Program-made: the position numbers and the translations under genes
Part shown: piece after piece, positions 1 through 7,886 of the stretch
How the letters are laid out: every line of letters begins with the position of its first letter
Position numbering within the stretch: the stretch's first letter is position 1
Source: Candidatus Nanosynbacter lyticus
Lineage (GTDB): Bacteria; Patescibacteriota; Saccharimonadia; Saccharimonadales; Saccharimonadaceae
Direction of reading: 5' to 3'
Length of the DNA: 32,000 bases
NCBI RefSeq assembly: GCF_030253515.1
Contig: NZ_CP124549.1
Coordinates: 600,001 to 632,000, forward strand
The notes under the pieces: generated by a model
Seen by the model: the letters and a program-made list of their open reading frames with translations, nothing else
Databases searched by the model: none
Told to the model about the DNA's origin: nothing

Positions 1-15
1 CCAAAGCTACCTTCG

Positions 16-393
16 TTGGGCATTGCTCTTATCCTGACAATGACCCTCTCTATAGCTTGGGTGCTTATCAAGCTCACTACCTTATTCATCAAAACGAGCG
101 GACAGTCTGCTATTTTTCTGTTATTCTTTCTCTTTATCCTCATCGCAATCTGCTACGGTGTCACATTTTTCTATGTTAAGCGTATTCTCGATAGGCTGAG
201 CGTTAGCGGTACAAAGTTTGTTATTATTTACCTCGCGCTCGTTGGTGTCATACTCGGGTGCTGCCACCAACTTGGTATCGCTCCTTTTCATGCACTTCTG
301 TCATTACCGGTTTCAGTTTTGTTAATCGCTGCTAGTGGACACTACATTGCGACGAGTATACTTGCTAAATGCTGCATCCATTTTGAGTGGTAA
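16..393 (+). CDS. hypothetical polytopic membrane protein (possibly 5'-partial)
   Basis: 125-aa ORF with about 4 hydrophobic helices. TTG16 is only the first in-window start, and the frame has no stop back to nt 1. No family recognised. Confidence 0.4.
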   Translation: MGIALILTMTLSIAWVLIKLTTLFIKTSGQSAIFLLFFLFILIAICYGVTFFYVKRILDRLSVSGTKFVIIYLALVGVILGCCHQLGIAPFHALLSLPVSVLLIAASGHYIATSILAKCCIHFEW

Positions 394-528
394 TAGTAGT
401 TATTGTATTATATACAACACTTTCTTACAGTAGTAAATTGTTGTAATTATTACTTTCTGTTGGTTATTTTTCTAAGATGTCTTATACTGAGAAGCGTGTA
501 TCAGTTAATACTAAAGGAGAAATAATCT

Positions 529-2355
529 ATGTGTGGAATTGTTGGCTATATCGGTGAACGCGAGGCGCAGAATATCCTCGTTGCTGAGCTTAAGCGGCTT
601 GAGTACCGCGGCTATGACAGTGCCGGAATTGTCACCCTATCGGACTCCGCCACACCAACCCTGCTGCGCACCAAAGGCAAGGTGGCGGCACTGGAAGAGC
701 TCGTCGGACAACATAAGACGAGCGATACGGTCGGCATCGGACACACCCGCTGGGCAACACATGGTGAACCAAGTAAGCGCAACGCCCATCCACACCACGT
801 TGGTGAGATTTATCTGGTACATAACGGCATCATTGAGAACTACCAAGACCTTAAAACGATGCTTTCCGGTCATGAGTACGAGTTTAAGAGCGATACCGAT
901 AGCGAGGTATTGGCGGCCTTGATTGACTATCTGCGGCGTGACTCACCGGATTTACTGACAGCAGTCACCGGCGCATTGAAGATGGTAGTTGGTGCGTATG
1001 GCATTGCGGTACTTGACACCACGAACCCCGAAGAAATTATCGTGGCTCGCCAAGGTAGCCCGTTGATCATTGGCGTCGGAGACGGCGAAACATATATCGC
1101 CAGTGACGCTTCAGCGCTGGTTGGCTACACCAATCAAGTGGTGTATTTGCATGATGGTGAAATTGGTCGCTGTACTCGTAGCGGGCTAGAGTTACAGACA
1201 ATCGAATCGCAAAAGCTTGACGTCAAGATCGAGATGCTCGACATGGATATGCAGGCGATTCAGAAGCAGGGCTTTGACCATTTCCTCGCCAAAGAAATTT
1301 ACGAACAGCCAACCAGCCTTGCAGCGACACTAGCCGGCCGCGTCCTACCCGACCAAAAATATGCGCGCCTGGGCGGTCTCAACATGAGCGATGATGAACT
1401 GCGCCACGTCAAGCACATCATCATCGTTGGCTGCGGCACTGCCTACTTTGCTGGTGTGCAGGCCAGCTACTTTATCGAGCAGCTAACTGATGACGTAACC
1501 ATCAGTGTCGAGATCGCCAGTGAGCTGCGCTACCGCGCATTCAACGTGCCCGAACACTCGGTCGCTATGATCGTTAGCCAGAGTGGTGAGACGGCTGATA
1601 CCCTTGCCTGCCTGAATGAATTGAAGCGACGTGGTGTTAAATGCCTCGGCGTCGTCAACGCCGTCGGCAGTACGATCGCCCGAGCAGTTGATGGCGGCGT
1701 GTACTTGCACGTCGGTGCCGAGATTAGCGTCGCCAGTACCAAGGCCTTTACCTCACAGGTTGCTGCTCTGACGATCTTTGGTATTATGCTCGCCAATGCC
1801 AAGGGTACCAACCCACAATTTATTGATGAATTTGTGCAAGAATTAGCGATACTACCAAGTGAGATCCAAAAAGTCCTTGATAAACAAGGTGCCGAGATAC
1901 CTTCCATCGCTAGGGCGTATGCTGATTACAATCACGCACTCTACATCGGCCGCGATACGCTGTATCCGATTGCCATGGAGGGCGCGCTGAAGCTCAAAGA
2001 GGTAAGCTACATCCATGCCGAAGCGTATGCCGCCGGTGAGCTGAAACACGGTCCGATCGCCCTGATTGATGACCATTTCTTTGAAGTCTGCTATATCCAA
2101 GACAATTGGTTATACGAAAAATCCCAGAGCAACTTGATCGAGATGAATACTCGCGGTGCTCACGCCATTGTCATCACCGACACGACGAAAAAGGTGCCGG
2201 GCGAAACGGTGATCCGCATCTCGACAAAGCTATCGCACCTCACGCCACTTCTGTTCAATGTCGTGTCGCAACTCCTAGCCTATCACGTGGCCGTCAAGCG
2301 CGGTCATGACGTCGATCAGCCACGCAATCTGGCCAAGAGCGTGACGGTCGAATAA
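529..2355 (+). CDS. glmS: glutamine--fructose-6-phosphate aminotransferase (isomerising)
   Basis: 608 aa. N-terminal MCGIVGY Ntn-amidotransferase Cys, full-length collinearity with GlmS, C-terminal KSVTVE. AAGGAG at 514-519, 9 nt before the ATG. Confidence 0.97.
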   Translation: MCGIVGYIGEREAQNILVAELKRLEYRGYDSAGIVTLSDSATPTLLRTKGKVAALEELVGQHKTSDTVGIGHTRWATHGEPSKRNAHPHHVGEIYLVHNGIIENYQDLKTMLSGHEYEFKSDTDSEVLAALIDYLRRDSPDLLTAVTGALKMVVGAYGIAVLDTTNPEEIIVARQGSPLIIGVGDGETYIASDASALVGYTNQVVYLHDGEIGRCTRSGLELQTIESQKLDVKIEMLDMDMQAIQKQGFDHFLAKEIYEQPTSLAATLAGRVLPDQKYARLGGLNMSDDELRHVKHIIIVGCGTAYFAGVQASYFIEQLTDDVTISVEIASELRYRAFNVPEHSVAMIVSQSGETADTLACLNELKRRGVKCLGVVNAVGSTIARAVDGGVYLHVGAEISVASTKAFTSQVAALTIFGIMLANAKGTNPQFIDEFVQELAILPSEIQKVLDKQGAEIPSIARAYADYNHALYIGRDTLYPIAMEGALKLKEVSYIHAEAYAAGELKHGPIALIDDHFFEVCYIQDNWLYEKSQSNLIEMNTRGAHAIVITDTTKKVPGETVIRISTKLSHLTPLLFNVVSQLLAYHVAVKRGHDVDQPRNLAKSVTVE

Positions 2356-2365
2356 TGCTCTCGCA

Positions 2366-3568
2366 TTAGCGGCGATAGTACGTCGCCAAAAACTCTTCAC
2401 GAAACTCGTAAAATGTCCCATCCTCTAGGCTGGCGCGGATATCATCAACCAGTTTAACGATAAATCGCTCGTTATGGATTGATAATAGCGTGCCAGCCAG
2501 AGATTCGCGGGCGTGTAGCAGATGACAGAGATAGGCGGCGGTGTAGTGGCGGCAAGTATAGCAGTCGCAATCTTCCATAATTGGCTCAAACAGTTCGCGG
2601 TATTTTCTCCCGCGGACATTAGCCCGGCCAAATGGCGTATAGGCGGCACCGTTTCTGGCCACGCGCGTTGGGCTGACACAGTCAAAGGTGTCGATTCCCT
2701 GCTCAATTGCCGCAAAGATGTCGTCCGGCTCAGAAATGCCGAGTAAATGCCGCGGCTTGTTCTCGGGCAAGATTTGATTGACCCACTGAATCGTCTGGGC
2801 CATAGTTTCCTTTTCCAGCGCACCGCCGATACCATAGCCGTCAAAATCCATCGCACCTAAAAACGCAGCCGTTTGCTTGCGTAAATCTTCATAATTCGCA
2901 CCCTGCAGCACGCCAAACAATGCTTGATATGGCTTGTCGGGACGAGATTCACGCAGACGTTTCACCTCAGCTAAACTGCGCTCCGCCCAGGCATGCGTTC
3001 GCGCCAAGGCTTCCACTTGATATTCATACGGATCAATCAGCGAGGTCAGTTCGTCAAAGGCGAAAGTAATATCCGCACCAATGCCCGCCTGAATCTGCAT
3101 AGATAATTCCGGCGTAAATTTATGGTACGAGCCGTCGAGGTGCGATTTGAACATTACGCCGTTTTCGTCCACCCAAGCGTGGCGCGACGATTTTTTAGCG
3201 ATGGCAATTTCCTCATCGACATCAGTACTCATCGCCAGTACTTTCTTAAAGCCCGAGCCCAGACTCAACACCTGAAAGCCGCCACTATCAGTGAATGTCG
3301 GCCCATCCCAGTGCATAAACTTGCCCAAATAGCCAGCCTTCTCGATAAGTTTATGACCCGGCTGCAAATATAGATGATAGGCATTTGCCAGCACTGCCTG
3401 CGCGCTGACATCCGCCACCATTTCTGGCACCATCGCCTTGACATTAGCCTTAGTTCCAACCACGATAAACGCCGGTGTTGTGATATCCCCGTGCGGCGTG
3501 TGAATAATGCCAGTGCGCGCCAGCGTGTCGCCAAGCCTAGAGGTGATCTCAAAAGAAAACGGTTTCAT
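2366..3568 (-). CDS. tgt: tRNA-guanine (queuine/preQ1) transglycosylase, bacterial TGT type
   Basis: FTDSGGFQ catalytic Asp motif, LLGISEPDD motif, Zn site CDCYTCRHY...H. Start set at ATG3568 (MKPFSFEI) because TGATATAAT lies 7 nt upstream. The ORF-track start at 3655 would run through the divergent gene. Confidence 0.9.
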   Translation of the reverse strand: MKPFSFEITSRLGDTLARTGIIHTPHGDITTPAFIVVGTKANVKAMVPEMVADVSAQAVLANAYHLYLQPGHKLIEKAGYLGKFMHWDGPTFTDSGGFQVLSLGSGFKKVLAMSTDVDEEIAIAKKSSRHAWVDENGVMFKSHLDGSYHKFTPELSMQIQAGIGADITFAFDELTSLIDPYEYQVEALARTHAWAERSLAEVKRLRESRPDKPYQALFGVLQGANYEDLRKQTAAFLGAMDFDGYGIGGALEKETMAQTIQWVNQILPENKPRHLLGISEPDDIFAAIEQGIDTFDCVSPTRVARNGAAYTPFGRANVRGRKYRELFEPIMEDCDCYTCRHYTAAYLCHLLHARESLAGTLLSIHNERFIVKLVDDIRASLEDGTFYEFREEFLATYYRR

Positions 3569-3575
3569 TTGATAG

Positions 3576-3584
3576 ATTATATCA
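3576..3584 (-). promoter_or_regulatory. extended -10 promoter of tgt (TGATATAAT), leaderless geometry
   Basis: Minus strand reads TGATATAAT-CTATCAA-ATG. No SD in the 7-nt gap. Confidence 0.6.
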
Positions 3585-3595
3585 GTTTTTTCCGC

Positions 3596-3601
3596 TACAC
3601 T
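3596..3601 (+). promoter_or_regulatory. -10-like box TACACT of the branching-enzyme gene, leaderless geometry
   Basis: TACACT-AGAAGC-ATG3608. Weaker match than the other boxes and has no TG extension. Confidence 0.4.
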
Positions 3602-3607
3602 AGAAGC

Positions 3608-5572
3608 ATGAGCAAGAAAACGCTGGTTGACCTTGATCCGTGGCTGGCGCCGCATGAACCTATCATCAAGTCACGTGGGGCTTATGTTTCATCGACGCTG
3701 CGGAGAGTGTTGGACGGCAAATCGCCGGCGGAGTTTGCGCTAGGGTTTCATCATTTTGGCCTGCACCAGACGGCGGCGGGCTGGACGTTTCGCGAATGGG
3801 CACCGAATGCTACGCGGCTGGTTTTGGTGGGCGATTTTTCTGATTGGCAGGAGCGCGAGGAGTTTGCCCTGCAGCCAGGTGTGCATGGCGAGTGGAGCGT
3901 TGATCTGCCAAAACATGCGCTACACCACGGTCAAAAATACAAGCTGCGCGTATATTGGCCGGGCGGCGACGGCTGGCGCTTACCATCATACGCCACCTAC
4001 GTCGTCCAAGACAATGATTCGGTGGATTTTTCGGCCGTAGTGTGGCAGCCTGATGAGCCGTATCAGTGGCAGCATAATATTCCACCTGCGCCAAACGTAC
4101 CGCTAATTTATGAGGCGCATGTCGGCATGAGCAGTGAGGAGGAAAAGGTCGCCAGTTTCAACGAGTTTACCACCGACGTCCTACCGCGCATCAAACAATC
4201 TGGCTATAATACCATCCAACTGATGGCCATCGCCGAACACCCGTACTACGGCAGTTTCGGCTATCACGTTAGCAACTTTTTCGCGGTCAGTTCGCGGTTT
4301 GGCACGCCCGATGATTTCAAGCGGTTAGTTGACGCGGCACACGGACTGGGGCTGCGCGTCATCATTGATATCGTTCATGCTCATGCTGCTAAAAATGAAG
4401 TCGAAGGCCTCGGTAATTTTGCGGGCAGCCCGACGCAATATTTCAAAGCTCACCACCATCCCGCCTGGGATTCGCGGCTGTTTGATTATGGCAAGCCGGA
4501 AGTACTGCACTTTCTCGCCAGCAATTGCCACTGGTGGCTGGATGAGTACCATGTTGACGGTTTCCGGTTTGATGGCGTGACCAGCATGTTATATCACGAC
4601 CATGGCTTAGGCAAAAGTTTCACGAGCTATGATGATTATTTTGGCGACGACGTTGATAAGGATGCGCTGGTCTATCTCAAACTGGCCAATGACGTCATTC
4701 ACGCCGTTCGCCCCGATACCATGACCATTGCTGAGGAAATGAGCGGGCTACCGGGCTTGGCGGCGCCGACAGAACACGGCGGCTTGGGCTTTGATTATCG
4801 ATTAGCGATGGGTGCGCCCGATCTCTGGATCAAGACGTTGAAGGAAAAGCGCGACGAAGATTGGGACTTAGGTGAATTGGCTCACATGCTGAGTTCACAC
4901 CGCCCAGAGGAAAAAGTCATCACCTACGCCGAGAGTCATGATCAAGCCTTGGTTGGCGACAAGACGCTAATTTTTCGGCTGATCGACAAAGAAATGTATT
5001 GGCACATGGACAAAGCCGACCCTGACCTGACGGTGGAGCGTGGCATAGCCCTACATAAACTAATTCGACTGCTGACAGCCGGACTGCACGGCGGCGGCTA
5101 CCTCAACTTCATGGGTAATGAATTTGGGCATCCTGAGTGGATCGACTTTCCACGCCAGGGTAATCATTGGTCATTCAAGCATGCTCGCAGACAATGGAGT
5201 TTACGCGACAATGGTTTTCTCAAATACCAATGGCTGGGCGAATTTGACGCCAGCCTGATGAAGCTCATCAAAACCGTTGACGACTCGGGCATTCACTACC
5301 TCACCATTCGTCAACACGACCATGTGGTTAGTTTCATACGCGGCGATCTGCTGTTTATTATGAACTTTTCGCCCAGCCAGTCGTGGACGGATTATGGTAT
5401 ACCAGCGGCGGCTGGGTCATACAGTGTAATTTTGAACAGCGACGACAAGCAATTTGGCGGGCAGGGCCGGGTTAAGCCTAACGGCCGCTACTTTACGACG
5501 CCACATGATAGCGAGCATATTATACGTGTATACATACCGACACGAAGTGGCCTCGTGCTACAAAAAGATTGA
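3608..5572 (+). CDS. glgB: 1,4-alpha-glucan branching enzyme, eukaryote-like GH13_8 type
   Basis: 654 aa. HVDGFRFDGVTSM, YAESHDQALVGDKT and NFMGNEFGHPEWIDFPR are collinear with eukaryotic GBE1/SBE-type enzymes. Start at ATG3608 (MSKKTLVDL). The upstream part of the ORF-track call (3374-3607) overlaps tgt. Confidence 0.9.
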   Translation: MSKKTLVDLDPWLAPHEPIIKSRGAYVSSTLRRVLDGKSPAEFALGFHHFGLHQTAAGWTFREWAPNATRLVLVGDFSDWQEREEFALQPGVHGEWSVDLPKHALHHGQKYKLRVYWPGGDGWRLPSYATYVVQDNDSVDFSAVVWQPDEPYQWQHNIPPAPNVPLIYEAHVGMSSEEEKVASFNEFTTDVLPRIKQSGYNTIQLMAIAEHPYYGSFGYHVSNFFAVSSRFGTPDDFKRLVDAAHGLGLRVIIDIVHAHAAKNEVEGLGNFAGSPTQYFKAHHHPAWDSRLFDYGKPEVLHFLASNCHWWLDEYHVDGFRFDGVTSMLYHDHGLGKSFTSYDDYFGDDVDKDALVYLKLANDVIHAVRPDTMTIAEEMSGLPGLAAPTEHGGLGFDYRLAMGAPDLWIKTLKEKRDEDWDLGELAHMLSSHRPEEKVITYAESHDQALVGDKTLIFRLIDKEMYWHMDKADPDLTVERGIALHKLIRLLTAGLHGGGYLNFMGNEFGHPEWIDFPRQGNHWSFKHARRQWSLRDNGFLKYQWLGEFDASLMKLIKTVDDSGIHYLTIRQHDHVVSFIRGDLLFIMNFSPSQSWTDYGIPAAAGSYSVILNSDDKQFGGQGRVKPNGRYFTTPHDSEHIIRVYIPTRSGLVLQKD

Positions 5573-5614
5573 CCGCGAAGCTATGTTAGTATGAATACCC
5601 TACCATGATCTTGA

Positions 5615-6193
5615 CTACTGTGCTAATTCTTTGACCATCTTAGACAGAATCGGAATGACGTTCATTTCGAACCATGGATTGCGCGCCCGCCAGCGGAAGT
5701 TAAGCGGTGATGGATGGACAAGTGGAAAATAATGAGGCAGATACTCCATATAATGCGCGACTGTTTCGGTCAGGTTGCGCTTCGCCTGTTTGTTGAGATA
5801 GTATTGCTGAGCATGAGCACCGACTAAAATCGTCAGCCTCACATCCGGCATCTGTGCTAGCAGCCGTGGATGCCACTTTTTGGCAAACTCCGGTCGCGGC
5901 GGTAAATCACCATGCGCAGCCTTACCTGGATAATAAAAATCCATTGGCATTAGAGCAAACAAACTAGGATCATAAAATTGTTCATCGGTAACCCCCAGCC
6001 ACTGACGCAATGTGCGACCACTGGCATCATTCCATGGCGTGCGTGTTTCCTGCGCTATTCGTCCCGGCGCCTGACCAACCAGCACGATACGTGAGCAGGG
6101 CGAAGCGGTATAGACTGGCGGCCAACCACGAGCATGAAACGAAGCATTCATACTATCTTGATCGATTTCATCATACAGCAACGGCCTAGTCAT
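5615..6193 (-). CDS. uracil-DNA glycosylase superfamily protein
   Basis: 192 aa. Motif A-like VGQAPG and motif B-like HPSPLN at the spacing typical of the UDG fold. Sub-family not assignable by eye. Confidence 0.75.
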   Translation of the reverse strand: MTRPLLYDEIDQDSMNASFHARGWPPVYTASPCSRIVLVGQAPGRIAQETRTPWNDASGRTLRQWLGVTDEQFYDPSLFALMPMDFYYPGKAAHGDLPPRPEFAKKWHPRLLAQMPDVRLTILVGAHAQQYYLNKQAKRNLTETVAHYMEYLPHYFPLVHPSPLNFRWRARNPWFEMNVIPILSKMVKELAQ

Positions 6194-6199
6194 TACGTT

Positions 6200-6208
6200 A
6201 GTATATCA
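6200..6208 (-). promoter_or_regulatory. extended -10 promoter (TGATATACT) of the UDG-like gene, leaderless geometry
   Basis: Minus strand reads TGATATACT-AACGTA-ATG6193. Confidence 0.55.
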
Positions 6209-6258
6209 CAACCATTCTATACTGTTCATGCTACAGGCTATCCTTCATCAATATTATG

Positions 6259-6267
6259 TGATATATT
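6259..6267 (+). promoter_or_regulatory. extended -10 promoter (TGATATATT) of the wHTH regulator gene, leaderless geometry
   Basis: TGATATATT-GTTCAC-ATG6274. Confidence 0.55.
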
Positions 6268-6273
6268 GTTCAC

Positions 6274-6726
6274 ATGGATATAAACTCAAAAAATATCATA
6301 GCTACCTTGATCTCGCTCGGCATCCCACCGGCCTCAGCAACGATCATACATTGCCTCCTGATCGCCCCACCGTATCACCATAGCCACACAAGCCTCCACG
6401 AGCAAACTGGCTTCAGCAAGGCGGCCATTACCGGTGGACTACGCTACCTAGAAACACTTGATATGATCTCCTATCAAACAGACAGTTCACGACGGCAGCA
6501 TATCGCTCTTGATATCAAGCCGCTCGTTACCTACACTCAACAACGTATGCTGCTGTTTGATAAACTGGCTGACGAATTACACGCAGCATCGGCCGAGCAA
6601 GTAGACGGTGAGTTTTCATCGGATATCGCCACGGTAGCTGAGCTGTGTAGCGCAATCAACGAAACAATTTGGCAGGCTATAACGATCTGGGAAGAGCAAT
6701 ATACCTCTACTCATCCATTGAAGTAA
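6274..6726 (+). CDS. winged-helix (MarR/GbsR-like) transcriptional regulator
   Basis: 150 aa. The N-terminal half resembles GbsR/MarR wHTH (LHEQTGFSKAAITGGLRYLETLDMI). The 3' end overlaps the convergent HD gene by 20 nt. Confidence 0.5.
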   Translation: MDINSKNIIATLISLGIPPASATIIHCLLIAPPYHHSHTSLHEQTGFSKAAITGGLRYLETLDMISYQTDSSRRQHIALDIKPLVTYTQQRMLLFDKLADELHAASAEQVDGEFSSDIATVAELCSAINETIWQAITIWEEQYTSTHPLK

Positions 6727-7409
6727 GATATTCTTCCAGAAAATCACTCCACTCCGGCACATTCTTTTCTCGAAAATAGGCACGAAGAAAAGTAACCATA
6801 ATTTGCTGGCGAATTAACGCTTCGTCTCGGCCTGAGTCGGTCATCATAATCTTTGGTAGCTTCAATAACTTTTCAAAGAAATAATTAATGAAGCTATCGC
6901 CATCATGCGTGCCGCCGTTGGCGTTATATCGATATGCATCAATGTTCACATCAGGCCAAACAGTTGGATCAAATATCCGACAACTACCGTGATTCACCGC
7001 ATAAATAAGTGCCCGCTCGATACCGCATGCCCCAATCGCATCACACATATCAGCGTCAGATACCAGCTGACCAGCCAAACGTTCTGGCCGCACACCATGT
7101 AGATAACGACTATAGCCAATCCGAGCAATATTATAACGCACCGCATCCTGCAAATCAGCCGCAACACCAGCCTTCGTCATAATTGACGTGGCATTATTGA
7201 GTTCATCCGCTTGCTTTTTGCCAACTAATTTATAATCATCAACGTCGTGTAGCCATGCCGTCAGCAGCACTTCGTCCATTGAAGCCGCTTCTTTATGCTC
7301 ATTCGCGAATCGCTCTGCTAGCCGTGCCACATTCGTCGCTATGGCCTGACGTATCGCCGCCAAGCAGTCGGCAGACTTCCTGCCTTACTATTGTCATTGA
7401 TTTGTTCAT
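6707..7409 (-). pseudogene. YpgQ/YedJ-like HD-domain nucleotide (pyro)phosphohydrolase, frame-disrupted near the 5' end
   Basis: The long ORF 6707-7363 carries LHDVDD, SDADMCDAIGA and INYFFEKLLKL motifs, but its first in-frame start is TTG7363, with internal GTG/ATG codons further in. It lacks the first metal-binding His. A leaderless-type ATG7409 (TATAAT 7 nt upstream) opens a 36-codon ORF (7299-7409) in another frame, encoding ...GGDTSGH, the expected family N-terminus. Confidence 0.5.
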
Positions 7410-7457
7410 AGACTTTATTATACACCCCCATGCAAGTTATGGACGTAAATCTATTTA

Positions 7458-7886
7458 TTAGCTCCGAAATCCCAAGATGCATAATGCATCATACACGCTC
7501 GGAACAACGTAAACTAGTTCACGCAGCATAATATCAACCGGTGCTGTTCGTGAAAAGATTGGTTTCTTTAATGCGAGAGCATAACCGATCTCCATCGCAG
7601 CACTTATGCCAACATAGCCTTTGGGGGCATGCAGTAAAATAAAATCAGACTGCTCAATAGCCCGTAAATGCCAGTTTTCTATCTCTCGAGGCGACAGGCC
7701 AACTTCTGCAGCATCAACAACAAATTCACCGTCCATAAAGTCCACTCGTCGCGGTGACAATACCTGACAGCCGGTTGCGGCTAGCTCGTCGTAAGCTCGC
7801 TGTAACCCGTCAATATCGCGCCTGTAAGACCCGCACAATACCGCACGTACTGCCCGTGGTTTAGAACTCCGCATTACCATATTCAT
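7458..7886 (-). CDS. DNPH1/Rcl-like nucleoside 2-deoxyribosyltransferase-fold protein (putative dNMP N-glycosidase)
   Basis: 142 aa. LCGSYRRD near the N-terminus and SAAMEIGYALALKKPI (catalytic-Glu region) resemble the DNPH1/NDT fold. Three alternative ATGs at 7886/7880/7874. Overlaps the end of the upstream Nudix gene. Confidence 0.55.
   Translation of the reverse strand: MNMVMRSSKPRAVRAVLCGSYRRDIDGLQRAYDELAATGCQVLSPRRVDFMDGEFVVDAAEVGLSPREIENWHLRAIEQSDFILLHAPKGYVGISAAMEIGYALALKKPIFSRTAPVDIMLRELVYVVPSVYDALCILGFRS

Noticed and set aside
403-417. Inverted repeat TTGTAT-TAT-ATACAA (and GTAAT-T-ATTAC nearby) upstream of glmS as an operator
   Set aside because: Short AT-only palindromes are expected by chance in AT-rich spacer DNA, and there is no second copy or partner regulator to support a function.
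394-528. Possible glmS ribozyme or riboswitch in the 135-nt region upstream of glmS
   Set aside because: The region is very AT-rich and too short. It shows none of the GC-rich pseudoknotted core expected of the roughly 170-nt glmS ribozyme. It looks like an ordinary promoter (TATACT at 483-488) plus an AAGGAG leader.
3374-3607. N-terminal 78-codon extension of the branching-enzyme ORF
   Set aside because: It overlaps the tgt coding region on the opposite strand and has Cys/Arg/His-rich non-protein-like composition. The conserved enzyme sequence begins at ATG3608.
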